From NCBI GenBank assembly GCA_002104905.1, contig MCFE01000667.1:1-48350 (forward strand): a stretch of 48,350 bases of DNA, given 5' to 3'. Source of the DNA: Basidiobolus meristosporus CBS 931.73. Lineage: Eukaryota; Fungi; Basidiobolomycota. The notes beneath the pieces were generated by a model. It was given only the letters and a program-made list of their open reading frames with translations. It searched no databases and was not told the DNA's origin. The translations under genes were made by a program, and so were the position numbers. This document shows positions 1-11,875 of the stretch, piece after piece. The stretch's first letter is position 1. Every line of letters begins with the position of its first letter.

Positions 1-1
1 A

Positions 2-463
2 AGACTCACTTAACTCGATCAATGCCTGAATAATTCTCAGGCCAAACTTCTTCCCCCTTTGCGACTCAAGGACAACTATATCCTCAATGTGTGAAGCCTT
101 GGAGCACGAGCGAATAAACTTGTGTTCTACTAGCAACGTCCCACAACCAACGACCTGGGAAGTCTCTACCTCCTCTATGACAATAACATAATAGTCACCA
201 CTTAGCTGCATCCGGGTAAAGGTCTGGATAAAACGGGCTCGATCCACTTTCCCAACATCGGTTAGTTGCGCCAGACAGTCTATGAAACCGCGATCAAAAT
301 CGGCGGTGATCAAGGGCCGGATAACGTACCCATCGGGCAGTTGGGAGAGAATCGAAGAGGTGATTAATGACTCTGAAAACAACGGCTGGGTTACACCAAT
401 AGATCTGGCCACATCCCCTTTGACTGAGTCAATGACCGGTTGAATAACGTCAGAGATGGGCAT
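2..463 (-). CDS. GNA1: Glucosamine-6-phosphate N-acetyltransferase (GNAT family); 3' end runs off the window
   Basis: Manual translation from ATG at 463: MPISDV...LPDGYVIRPLITADFDRGFIDCLAQLTDVG...YYVIVIEE...VVGCGTLLVEHKFIRSCSKASHIEDIVVLESQRGKKFGLRIIQAL. This matches the GNA1 pattern. It is missing from the ORF track because the frame has no stop inside the window. Confidence 0.9.
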   Translation of the reverse strand, partial: MPISDVIQPVIDSVKGDVARSIGVTQPLFSESLITSSILSQLPDGYVIRPLITADFDRGFIDCLAQLTDVGKVDRARFIQTFTRMQLSGDYYVIVIEEVETSQVVGCGTLLVEHKFIRSCSKASHIEDIVVLESQRGKKFGLRIIQALIELSES

Positions 464-793
464 AGCTTAGGACCTTGGTGGAAAAGTTAACTTGGGATTA
501 GGATAGAATTAGGAAAGTATGTGTTGCAGTCAAAAACGATAGCTTCTTTAACGAAACAGCAGGTCTTAAGGTTTTTGTATATATGGAAGGCCATACGTGG
601 TCTTTATATCCAGCGAGGCAAACGATGGCACCATGACACATCTCATCACAGTTGTTCATTTATCAGAATGATGAAAAATTGCCGCTACAGTAAGCATCTA
701 TAGGTTCAAATCACGAGACAGCGGCATGGATTATTTAGCCCTTAGCTTTGTTACAATCAGATGTGCTTGAGACTACACATGGGTGTGCATCAT

Positions 794-1504
794 TCAGGAC
801 CGCATTATGTGCGATTTGGATTTCTTAGGATGCCTAGCCTTCATAAATCTCCTATACCAACATCGCCACAATAAGCATCCCACAATACCAACGTGCCCTA
901 TCGTTTTAAAATACCCGACTAGAGGGTTGCTGTGAAGGGTATCAGGCTTCTTCCGTCCATAAGGGCTCATTCCATGAGCTGTTGCCCCACTGCTTTCACA
1001 TGTTACTTGGCCATTCTGATGTAGGCAAGCTCAGGAGGCGGTAAATCAGCAATCTGGTATCCTGATTGGCGGCATTGTTTTCTCCGTGTGTCTGGCCACC
1101 CATTATACTGTGACTTGATGGCCATGAATCGGAAACAATCTGAAAATGAAACGAGCCATCTGTGCAACAGGTATAACCTACGAATAGGTGGCTCGATGTG
1201 CTACGACACCAACTAGTAAGCCCACCAAGTATGTTATTGCTTCAGTACGTTGATGCAACAGCTCACTAAGAGATGCATCACGGAGAACAAAGGGACAAAC
1301 GATATGTGAGGATGCCACGGATCTGATCATAGATGTTGAGGGTGAAGGTGGCGCGAAGATCTCCAGCTTGCAGATCACCCAATCCCCTTCAGTAAATCCC
1401 CAACCTGCTCCGAGGATCGACAGTGACTGCGTCAATGGCAGTCGATTCCGCACTCGGAGGGAGGGGTGCACCCCCACTCTTCGGCAGTTTTCCGAAGTGG
1501 ACAT
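794..1504 (-). CDS. Probable small spliced gene of unknown function, possibly with a C-terminal TM helix and basic tail; exon structure unresolved
   Basis: Open segments (HIEPPIRRLYLLHRWLVSF...IADLPPPELAYIRMA and NPLVGYFKTIGHVGIVGCLLWRCWYRRFMKARHPKKSK) can be joined by a GT..AG intron with a CTGAT branch-like site. The 5' exons could not be joined unambiguously. Confidence 0.35.
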
Positions 1505-1755
1505 GTCATGGATTCTCAGCAGTTAATCATATTTTATTGCGCTCAGCAACCCTTTGGGTTGTTCATAGAAATGAGGATAGAATGCGCATGATTGCAAGGT
1601 TCACATCTAAGCATTTGCAAAATGATGAGATTGCTACAACTCTAGCTCCAGCTACTTTCCCCATTTCAACGGAGCTAGAAATATTGACTAACACGAAAGG
1701 AATATATAAATACAATGAGCACTCTACTACCACCGATATGGTATGATTATTGGTC

Positions 1756-2232
1756 CTAGTCGTACGGGATTACACTGGTGCTGGAGGTTAATGAGTAGGT
1801 AGAACTTATGTCATCTCCGTATTGTCTGCGACGCAGAGATTTGGCAAAAAATACAAAGTCGTCGCGTACAACACTGCTTGCGCTAGAACTCGCCATACTA
1901 GCTGCATCAGTGTCAGATTCTGAGGAGCTCTCGCCATTGGAGACCAACTCCGGCTCCTTGACAGGCCCCTCCATACTAAACTCGCCGAGATTATAATCAT
2001 CAAAAAGCTCATCCATCAGGCTTCCGTGCTTAGACTTGGAGCTCCTACGGTACGTCAATTGCTTTGATAGGGTATCAATTTCATCAATACTTAGATGACG
2101 TTGTTTCTTTCTGCGGTCGGAGTGGGGTAAACTGGGAAGACCTTTGTCATCCTTCAGCATTTCTCCTAAAACCTCTTTGATGATTCGGTTGTCCTTGCGT
2201 TGCAGGAGATGGAAGCGAAGCGATACAGACAT
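1756..2232 (-). CDS. Last exon of an unidentified multi-exon gene (Ser/acidic low-complexity tail); upstream exons probably lie between 2.3 and 4.6 kb
   Basis: 158-aa ORF with protein-like composition. A candidate acceptor (tttag) lies just upstream, and further short exon-like frames flanked by GT/AG occur at about 2290-2510. Confidence 0.5.
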   Translation of the reverse strand: MSVSLRFHLLQRKDNRIIKEVLGEMLKDDKGLPSLPHSDRRKKQRHLSIDEIDTLSKQLTYRRSSKSKHGSLMDELFDDYNLGEFSMEGPVKEPELVSNGESSSESDTDAASMASSSASSVVRDDFVFFAKSLRRRQYGDDISSTYSLTSSTSVIPYD

Positions 2233-3857
2233 AACGAAGTGAAACTAAACCTGCTGGTGGTCAGTGATTCAATGAGACTTTTGGCCTACCACGAAGATGT
2301 ATTGGTACAGTTCGACTGAATCTAATGCAAATGTGTGTGGAGCAAGCTTCGCCTTGGATGATCAAGTTATTGTGCATTGGCATAGCGACTTATATATCGT
2401 TGGGGTGACCGGTGCTCCTTTAGATGGCATCGAATATTAATCACAAGCCTGACGACCAACGCATCTCGAGTCTATGTTGAATCAATTTAATAACGCCCTT
2501 TTCAATATCTTTCTACACAGCTCATCGCCTAACGAAGAGGTGACTGATTCAATTTGGTCTCCACCAGCACTTTCATTGCTGGAATACGTTCTCTAGCCCC
2601 ATCTGTTTGTCAGATGATCAAATTGATCGCCGTTTGTTCGTGATTCATCCATAAACCAATGATTTGAGATTCTATTTATGGGCGATCGGTGGCATAACTA
2701 ATGAATAATCAGAGACTTCGGCATGTGGTGGGTGAGCCCCGCAGAGCAAGAAAGGTGAGGATGTTGATTCAAAGCCTAATATGAGCACCATTCTCAAGTT
2801 ACTAAGGCTACGCCAGGGCGCAAGCCCTTATCGATAGGCTGGATCCAGCGTAGCTTACTCTACGCCCCGCGGTCAGAGCTCAGATCCATTAAAGAAGCTT
2901 AGCCTTGACCACCCTTAACCTGCGCTCGAAGTAACAATCATCAATTAATTAAGAATATCCAACAAATACCCTAGAGATAAGTCAATCTCACGTATCGATA
3001 ACCCAGAATATTCTCTGATTTATCGGCGTATCGCCATAATCACTATAGCTAAAAGGTGAAGTCTAAGCTTTGCAACGCCATAGGACTTGACAACACCCTG
3101 TTGTTGGCTTACTATTTGAATAACTTTGAAACGTAATGAGCCAGATCTAGCTGGATAAATGAGAAATCGAGCGATTGTATGAAAGAAGCTCATGAGCTAA
3201 CTAGAGCCATCAGGCAGAGTGCGCGTGTAATATGGGTAGTATGTGCGATATTCAATAACAATTTCGCGTCCATTAATTGGTGCATAGTCGTCTTTGATTC
3301 CATTTCCATTTATCAAATGAGATCTCATTTGGCTACCAAGGGGAAATGCAACCAATAGTGCTTGGCACTACACCTTACTTTTCGTACTTTACCTTATCTT
3401 TGGAACACGCTGAATTGGTAACCACCACCTATTATATATGCATTCATCCAACAAGCTATGCTAGCTATGCTTGTTGCAAAGCCTGTCATCGATACTCCCC
3501 ATCGATAACTGGCGGTAAGTAACTCATGTCTACAGGAACTGCCATTCTATTTCATCTTGAAGCTGTCGTGACTCGATCATGTGACTGAGCACTCAACCAA
3601 CTGCAGGTAATCTGACTAGGTACTACGATATGAATTAATTAATCTCATCGTCTGCATCAGACGTCATTTTTCAATCTGAGCCAATAAGATTCAATGATCC
3701 ACCAGAGCCCATCGCAAATGTCTGGATATTTGTCATTAAACACCCCACGCTCACATTCCAATTAGATGATGTGGCAATCTCACCATTATGCAGTGTAGGA
3801 AGGTTTGCGAAGGGAACCAAAGGCGAGCTAGGCTCAAAACTATGCGTCTAAGGGATT

Positions 3858-4094
3858 TCATAGCGAGATGCAGTGGTAGAATAGACAATGGTCCTTGACG
3901 AAACCCAAATAGCACTCTAATACCAACGCTGGTTTAGCGTGCCCAGTAGCGCGGTTTCGTAAACATCGCAATGTCAAAAGCCTCGCCAATATCATATATC
4001 TGCTGAGTGTAGTAGCAAAGTCGGATTCAAGTATCGCTGCCCACCCCGTGCAATAGAATTGGATCGAGTCGTAGTCTTCGTTTTTCGGGCCCAC
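3858..4094 (-). CDS. Possible internal exon of an unidentified gene (perhaps the same gene as 1756-2232)
   Basis: 78-codon open frame preceded by the acceptor-like tttcgctag; no recognisable motif. Confidence 0.3.
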   Translation of the reverse strand: MGPKNEDYDSIQFYCTGWAAILESDFATTLSRYMILARLLTLRCLRNRATGHAKPALVLECYLGFVKDHCLFYHCISL

Positions 4095-5082
4095 AACCTA
4101 GCGAAACGACTATGGCGGTCATTTCAGAAATCAACACGTAGGTTGTCTCCAGGCCAAACTTAAATATCAACCGAGCGAGCAAACTTAGCGCCAATCAAAG
4201 ATCTCGCCTCTGATATAGTCTTGGCTGATGGATTCAATTGATGGTGTCTATCCATACGCTTGTCGCATCTTCGGCAGTATTGACAAAAGGTGATCGCTTC
4301 CCCTAAGCAGTTGTGAAATGACGCGAAGCTTGGAAGAATCTTGTAATTTATGCAGTATAAGGGTGAATGAAGAGTATTAGCTGCATTGAATTGATATTGT
4401 AGCTCATTATACGGCCATTGTGCAAACATTGAAAATGGAAACAGGGTTTCATGAACAGCACCAATCATGTTTCATTTTTCTATCGAGTCCTGAATACCTT
4501 TTAGTTACACCTGGCGGATCACTTCCCCTGAATTACGATCCACTCAATTGGAATCATGCAGATCGGGTGAGACTTCGCTAGTCAATAATGCCGAAAGCGC
4601 GATCTGGACAATGATAGGCATCGGGATCCAATGGATACAAAACCACAAAATTTGCAATATGGATGATAAGTGCATTCATGGGCATCAGCTGTAAGTGCTG
4701 CAGTGGGGAATTTTATAGTATTTTTCAAGAATTTTTGAAATTCCAAAACTCCCAACCAGATTAAACTTCCTGGAGCAAACAAAAAATATCGCATTTGGAG
4801 AAATTTCTTCAAGTGTTTCAAAAATAGATTGCATGGGAAATTTCTCCTTCTAACCAGAATTTTCTCTCCACTGTTTTATCCACCTTCCTACCTCCTTTCT
4901 GCATAAAATTTGTAAATTTTTGGGAACGTTGTTTTTATTTGGAATACTTTTAGTTTCCTTGACGCGTTCATATTTGTTCTTGAAGAAAAGCATATATAGC
5001 GTGTGTACCTTTGAAGCCTGCTTCCGAAGGCCAAAACATCCCTCTATTGGCGCGAGCCGTTAAACCCTTAAATCCCCCTAAC

Positions 5083-6227
5083 ATGCGAGTTCAGATTTGT
5101 TCGAAATGCAAACAGCCTAGGAAAGGTCATATTTGCCCATTGTGGAACGAACCATCAGCGAGGTCAAAAAGGCAGAGATCTGATGAGAGTGATAGGTGTG
5201 AACACAAAGTTATATATATATATAGCTATTTATTTGAGTCTTCTCTTGTGCTCACCCCCAATTCTACGTTTTGGAAGACTTTAACCTAAACTTGAATATA
5301 TTCTAGCCAAAGCTTGCAAGATAACGTCAGCCCTCCAGATATAGCCCTTCCTACACAGCCCAATTCTATCCAGTATGTGATTCTATTCGCTCTTTTCCTG
5401 GCAATATTTTGTGGCTCATCCGGCTCCTAATCTTAGTTCCCAAGAGGCTCTCGATACAATGAACAAAGTGGCCCCACTTCAACCTAGTTTTGATGAAGGT
5501 ATATTTATTGGGTTTGTTATCAACAGGCAAGGGTTTTTACTAATTTTCACCCATGTAGTTAAACAGATCAGCCCGCTTCATCCAGAGCATAATAACAGTT
5601 CACTTTTCCAAAGCAATGTTCACGCTTTAAACGGGTAATTCCACGAAGTCATGTTGGCTGTTGAAAAAATACACCTAAACACCAACAATTACAATTCAGT
5701 TCAAACCATGGTCCACAGGTTGTTGAGTATTCCGCAGTTGAAGGTTAGCATATATTTGGAACAATGTGAGCCTCTTCTTAAAGACGTGAAATCTTACACT
5801 AATCCACATATAGAAAACTACCAGAAGAAAATGGAAAAGTACGGCGAGATGTCGGAAGGGCTGATGCAACGGGTAAGTGCACTAGAAGCAGCCTATTTAA
5901 ACCTGAAGTCTTAATCGATGCCATACACAGGCTGCTCAAATCTACAAGGAAGATCGAGCCATGATCATCTTGTACGTCACTAGTACTGACCCATACCAAA
6001 ATGCCATCAAAAGATTTGTCAGCGAGCCATTAAAAGCAGAGACCAGCGCATTTCAAATGGTGGATCGTGGTGCGCTCGAGCTTATAGAAACGTGTAAAAA
6101 CTCTTTGACTGCATCTCGAGATGAGTTGTTGGAGATTTTAAATGAGAGAAATCGAGAGCTGGCAGAATCTAGGCGGGAGATCGACCAGCTAAAGCGGGAA
6201 ATATCTAGGCTCCCTTCACTTAAATAA
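5083..6227 (+). CDS. Orphan 224-aa protein: N-terminal Cys/His Zn-knuckle-like motif (CSKCKQPRKGHIC), low-complexity linker, C-terminal coiled coil; 8 exons
   Basis: Hand-spliced exons 5083-5195, 5307-5372, 5437-5498, 5559-5634, 5700-5743, 5814-5872, 5931-5971, 6014-6227. All introns are GT-AG, most have a CTAAT/CTGAC-type branch site, all phases are compatible, and the total is 675 nt ending in TAA. Confidence 0.8.
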
Positions 6228-6428
6228 TCCGTCTCTTTAATGTCTCTACTCTATATTGGATACTTCATTTTTTCTATCAATTCTTCCAAGTAAACTCCCA
6301 TTCTGGTAATGTTCAATCTTCAGAACATCTAGTCTTTCGCCGTTTGTGATGTATAAATATTTGTTTTTTTATTATTTTTGTTTATGTTTTTTGAGATTCT
6401 ACGGATTCTTTTTCACGACCCTACTTGA

Positions 6429-8200
6429 TTAAATAGTTCTTGAAATTATTCCATGGCGATCTCCAATTGCCATTGATCTCTTCTGATTACCACCATTTGC
6501 ATGCATGCCAAAGTGGAGTGGCATCCATTGTATCCAGGTATCCGCGGGATGAGCTTGGTGGGGCCTCCTCATCTTCGGGGTTGTTGCTGCTATCTGATTA
6601 TGCTAATCGAGCAGATATTACATAGTGAAGTTACGCTCCCTCTATTGCTCACCGGATACATAGATCTAGCACATTTCACTGGTGTTGCAAGGGATTAACG
6701 AGGAAAATTTGGCGACTAATCGTTAAGCCCATTGCTCATACCTTGATGCTATAGTACGTAGCATCGTAAATACAGATTGTCTAGCTTGTGATAGTGCCAT
6801 TGTTGGGCATGGGCGGGCTGTCGGATGAAGGCTTCTGATTCATATACAGCAAACACAAAGGTGCCTGAAAAGAACCAGCTCCTTCCGTGTCGGGTTCCTT
6901 GGTTTGTATCAGAGTAATACGTTCTCGATGATCATGTGATGCATTGAACTTACCCTGTCTCGACACACACAAGGGCCGAAGCCTCCTGATCGGAACGAAT
7001 GTGTTGCGAGAGGAGCATGCATGTCCAAAATGAATGGACGAACAGCCAACAGACCCTTGATCATTCAATTCTAGCCCAAATTCGAGCTGAACATTGATCT
7101 GTATCTCTTCTGAGCGAGGAAATCATGGGAATCTATGGGCTCTGTGTTGGATATCAATAGATCTGTATTTGAGCGTTGTTCGTAGAAGCGACTGGTCAAA
7201 CCCAACTCAAATAACCACTTTAGAGTGATCTATAGTTCATGCCCTTGGGCAAGCTCAGACGAGACACGGAATTAGAAGCTTTGAGAGTTGCGATATTTGG
7301 ACAGTCTGATGGTAATGGTAATACATCGGAATAATTCCAGCTCCGCAAGAGTATATAGACTGGCCCACCTAGCCCGCTTTGGAAAGTTGGTTAAAAGTGA
7401 GGTATTTGGGTGACCAGCTCCTGACGAAATCACAAGCTCTTGGGTTGGGCCGGCTCCAAGTCGTCCAGCTGCAAGCAGCTTGTACACCAGCCCAATGCAA
7501 GCTTGCTACACAGCGGTGGATTCCGTGCACCGGATTTTCGATGGACATCATTGGGCAGCCCTGCGATTTTAGCTCAGGACTGGAATGTAGCCAGTACGGG
7601 TTCAATCAGACTATTTAGAAATCCCATCACCGCTTTTGGGACCCAAGTGATGTAACGCATGCTCATCCGCTATCCTCATTAGCTTGAACGTACGCTTTTG
7701 AAACCAGAGTACCTGATGGATTTTTAAGGCAGGTCGTATGTTAGTGTGATAGATCGATTTAGTGATATTCGACAGTGTTCATGTTGGGGCGTAGGCTATG
7801 AATCCTTATTCAAATACACTTACATCATGTCGCACGCACTCACCCTGACCTGCTCAACTGAACTGCCGATGCCAAATCGAAAGCAGCCTGGCCAAACAGA
7901 GCGGAGCGTTAGTTAAACAATATATATATAAGTGAAGATTTGAGGGGCTATGAGTCTCCCACCATGTTGGTACGAAGGATGAGCTATCATCGGTGGTTGA
8001 TGGCTTGCGCAGCCCCCGGCCGCTGATTGGATCAGAGCAATCTGCCCACAATCGGGCCTCACGCATCATCGTACAATCCATATATCATCTCAATGGTTAA
8101 ACCACACGGCACAGCATGAACGGTGCGCTCAAAATCGAGAAATTCTATGGATCGGACAACTCCCCTACTGCCTCATCCATGAGTACTGGTGACGGCTTCG
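6429..8200 (-). CDS. Probable multi-exon gene of unknown function; boundaries approximate
   Basis: Series of strong donors (gtaagt, gtatga, gtgagc) and acceptors separating open frames such as RPLCVSRQG-TRHGRSWFFSGTFVFA and WLFELGLTSRFYEQRSNTDLL. More than one splice model fits the 3' end. Confidence 0.4.
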
Positions 8201-8868
8201 ATTTCACTCCACTGATTGTGCATTTTTATCGGCCCCATAGTTGGTGCGTTCTCGATGAGACGTTACCCTAGTTCGCAAATGGTGCGCTATTAATGGGTTT
8301 TTGGGTCCGTTTGTTCCATATCAGTATCCTATTTGCATGCGACAGTTGACTACTCTGTCGGTGCTTCTACTATCAAGTGATCATGGTTTCTAAGATATAA
8401 ACAAGTTCGATGCACTTCGATATCCCAGCGAGATCTAGGCTAATATATTAAAGTTTATTGTTAATTTATCACCCAGTAGTTTTGATGGAATCATTGTGAA
8501 TTTTCAGCATCATTCCAATAAGTTCCAAGATTATATACTGTTGGCCATAGACATGGGTTATTTTAGGTTACCTTTTTGTCAATTCTATTTCTGATACATC
8601 TTTCCCCATTAACCTCATCGATCTGCTTCAAAATCACTTGCACTCAACGAACTTCACCAAGCCTAGCTCGTTTCTTGTTGTTTAGAGCGCTTTCTCCCAA
8701 AGAATCAAAAGCCTATCTACGCTGCAGCATACCTACAATACATCACATCGCAGAGATTCACCCCCCATCTACATGTTGAAAGTGTTTTCAACATACTAGC
8801 TCAGCAATCGGCTATAATTTCAAAACCATTCCACATAATCACAAACTGTTGGAGAGCAGAGATCAATC

Positions 8869-11615
8869 ATGAACAATCCCTACAGTAACCTTACACAAGA
8901 AGAGATTGATTACGGAAACTACATGAACTCCTCTAACTCTCAGTACAACTCTTCTTCCCTTCCTATGAACACTGGTGACCTCGAATCAGATTCAAACTTG
9001 AATATGGATATGCGAGATTCTGGAAACTATAATTTCACAAATAGAAACTAGTAAGTATGACACACGTGCATTTATTGTAGAAATGAACGGTTGCTTGTTT
9101 TATGAATGCCCGGTTGGAGGATAGTCTGTTTTACTTAGCCCTTTTCGTTTTGCCTCCTAGTGACGAGAATTCTAACGGAGAGACCTCCATGTCTGGTACT
9201 GAAGCTGTAGAGCCAGACAACACTCCCTCCGACTCGTATCTCCTAAACCCTCAACTTTTCAACTCCGTCAACACCCCTATGATGGGCAACCTGGCCTCTT
9301 CGGGAAACACCCAATTCACACCTCAACCTCTTTTGAGTGGCTACGCCACCCCCCTTAATATAAACCTCAGTAACATAAACACGGACCCTGGGAAATGTTG
9401 GTTTCGGCTTGATTTTTTTCATTATTACTATTGATTAATCGACTCTGTTATAGTGGCCAGTACGACGTTAGGAAACTTCCCTGGATTGTACTCGAACTCG
9501 GGCTTCGATATGTTGAGCATTTTGGTATGTAGAGATGGCGCATTTATAGATGAAATATGGCCAGAAAGAGCCTTGCCACGGAAAGCTTTCATGATGCAAT
9601 ACACATACATTTTGACTTTGATCTAACCCAGCTTCAACAACAATAGGCTAGAGTCGCTAATCGGTTGGTATTTTCAAATTCGCGAACAGCTCACTCGATA
9701 TCCCGCATGCGTATCGCCAAACCCCATCCGAATGCGTTTACTAACCTTTCCTCACACATAGACCTAATCCTCAAATCAACCTTGGCCCAGTTGACATGAG
9801 TTGTGCTTTTTTAGTCGGTTAGTGTCTTGCTTCAGCGTGATTACAGTCCGAGCTCTGTTTATCCAGATCCATTTCATAGTCGATGCCCGCCAATTCGATT
9901 TCCCAGTGGTGTACGCTAGTCAATCCTTCGAAAACCTTACTGGATACTCAGACGTAGAAGTCATAGGCCGAAATTGCCGGTTTCTCCAATCTCCGGATGG
10001 CCAAGTCACTTTAGGCTCTCGGAGACGATACACCGACAACAACACTGTACATCATATTAAGAAGCATATATTGCAAGGAAAGGAGGTCCAGGTCTCATTT
10101 GTCAACTACAAAAAGGGCGGCCAGGTGATTCTCATACAATCCTCCCATACACACCGGTTGTCCAACTTTGAATAACACTTGCTTTATTTAGCCGTTTGTG
10201 AACTTACTGACTATCATCCCCATCGCGTATGGAGATGGCGAGGAGATCACACACTTTGTTGGGTTTCAAGTAGTAAGTAAGAGTATTTCGCATTTCATGG
10301 CAATACCCGTCTCTGACATATTCCCAGAACCTTATCGATCAGCCCAATAATATTCTTCAAAAAATGCAAGGTAGGTCTTCAACAGCGCAGAGACATGTTC
10401 CCATATAGATTCACTAACCGATTCTTCGTCCATAGACGGCACATACATGGTAAATTACAACATGATGAGTATTCAACCTTTGCTCTGTTCAGGTAATCTA
10501 ACCATGGATTCCTCCCTCCTCGACTCATTTGCTCACTTTGCACTCTTCTACAAGGTATATTTCAGAGACCATTGGACGAAAGTTTAAATACATCAACCAT
10601 GTCCCCAGAATTCCCAGCCACCGCCGAAGTATACGAGTTGGTTGAAGCTAACGAGGCCTCAGACCAAGAAGTTGTTGTTAAACTATGGAACCAGCTACTG
10701 CTAGAACACTCCGACGATTTCATACACGTCCTTTCGCTTAAAGGGATATTTCTGTACTGCTCACCTAGCAGCAAGAGGGTGTTGGGATATGAGCCGGAGG
10801 AGTTGATTGGACGAAATATCTCGATGTTATGTGAGCCCAGTGATCTAATCCCACTCATGCGAGATCTGCGAGAAGCAAGCAGTAGCCAGAAGGTGGGCGA
10901 ACCTCTGTGCTTTCTGTACCGGATAAAGAGCAAAGACTCTGGCTATTTCTGGTTTGAGGTTCAGGGGCGGCTCTACTCGGAGAATGAGAAAGTGAGGAAG
11001 TGCGTTGTTCTTGCTGGTAGACCAAGGCCCTTTTACAAGTTATCCGTGGAAGCGCTGCAGCAATGTGGCGGCCTATCCGAAAGGGAATTCTGGTCCAAAC
11101 TAACCTTGGACGGCATGTATTTATATGTGACAAACAGCTCCATGAACATCCTGAAACTGGCGCCCGAAGAGTTGGTAGGCACCACTCTGTACCAAATGAT
11201 GAGATTCGACAGGGCCACTGCATTGACTCGGGCGTTACAGCAGGTGGCGGAAGGAACGACTGTCAAATTAAAGCACAAAATGCTGAACAAGAAAGGCGAG
11301 CTTGTGGATGTTGTCAGCACATTCTATCCTGGAGATGCCGTAGAGGGAAAGTCGGCAACATTTATCTTGTGCCAGTCCAAAGAGGCCGTAGATTCTGAAG
11401 GTTCTTCAGATGACACAAGTACGACCTCTTCTGCCCCGTCACCTCAAACCAACCAGAAGCCTTCGATTACCGACAACCTTTTCTCGACCTTAGATCCCGG
11501 CAGCAATAGTACATGGCAGTATGAGCTTCATCGACTCCGCATCGCTAACCAGCGATTGAGAGATGAACTACAGAGTCTAGCGAACCGTAAAAGGGGCCGA
11601 GAACTGCTGGCGTGA
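8869..11615 (+). CDS. wc-1: White collar-1-like blue-light photoreceptor (LOV-PAS-PAS, coiled coil, basic tail), about 682 aa, 10 exons, no GATA zinc finger
   Basis: Exons 8869-9050, 9161-9396, 9454-9524, 9647-9663, 9762-9817, 9880-10124, 10192-10272, 10328-10370, 10436-10492, 10555-11615 (2049 nt, in frame). It contains the WC-1 N-cap GLYSNSGFDMLSILARVANRPNPQINLGPVDMSCAF, the LOV signature GRNCRFLQ with the photoactive Cys, NYKKGGQPFVNLL..VGFQ, two PAS domains and WQYELHRLR. The splice at 10492/10555 is the least certain. Confidence 0.95.
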
Positions 11616-11875
11616 TCAATGAGCACGGTACTGATTGTCAATAGCCACCACCACCCACATTGACTGGAAGATGATCTATTAGAGCTATGAAGTATTGCAA
11701 ACACCCTCATTCCCAACCACCGTCATTTCTATTTTCCCTCTTTTCTCATAGATGTCATTGGCCCCTTTTATACCAGGAATTTCACCCTTCACAGCTACCA
11801 TACTTTTTTCCCGGGAAGAACGTATCTTATAGTATTTCCATGAATCTTAATTAGGTTGATATACAACAAAGTAGC

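Noticed and set aside
6740-6765. Apparent in-frame TAG readthrough (LRCYVL*HQ) in the unknown minus-strand gene
   Set aside because: An alternative GT-AG splice model avoids the stop, so no recoding is needed.
8408-8421. CGAT-N6-CGAT upstream of wc-1 as an autoregulatory light-response element
   Set aside because: The motif is too short to be significant, and the protein lacks its own GATA finger.
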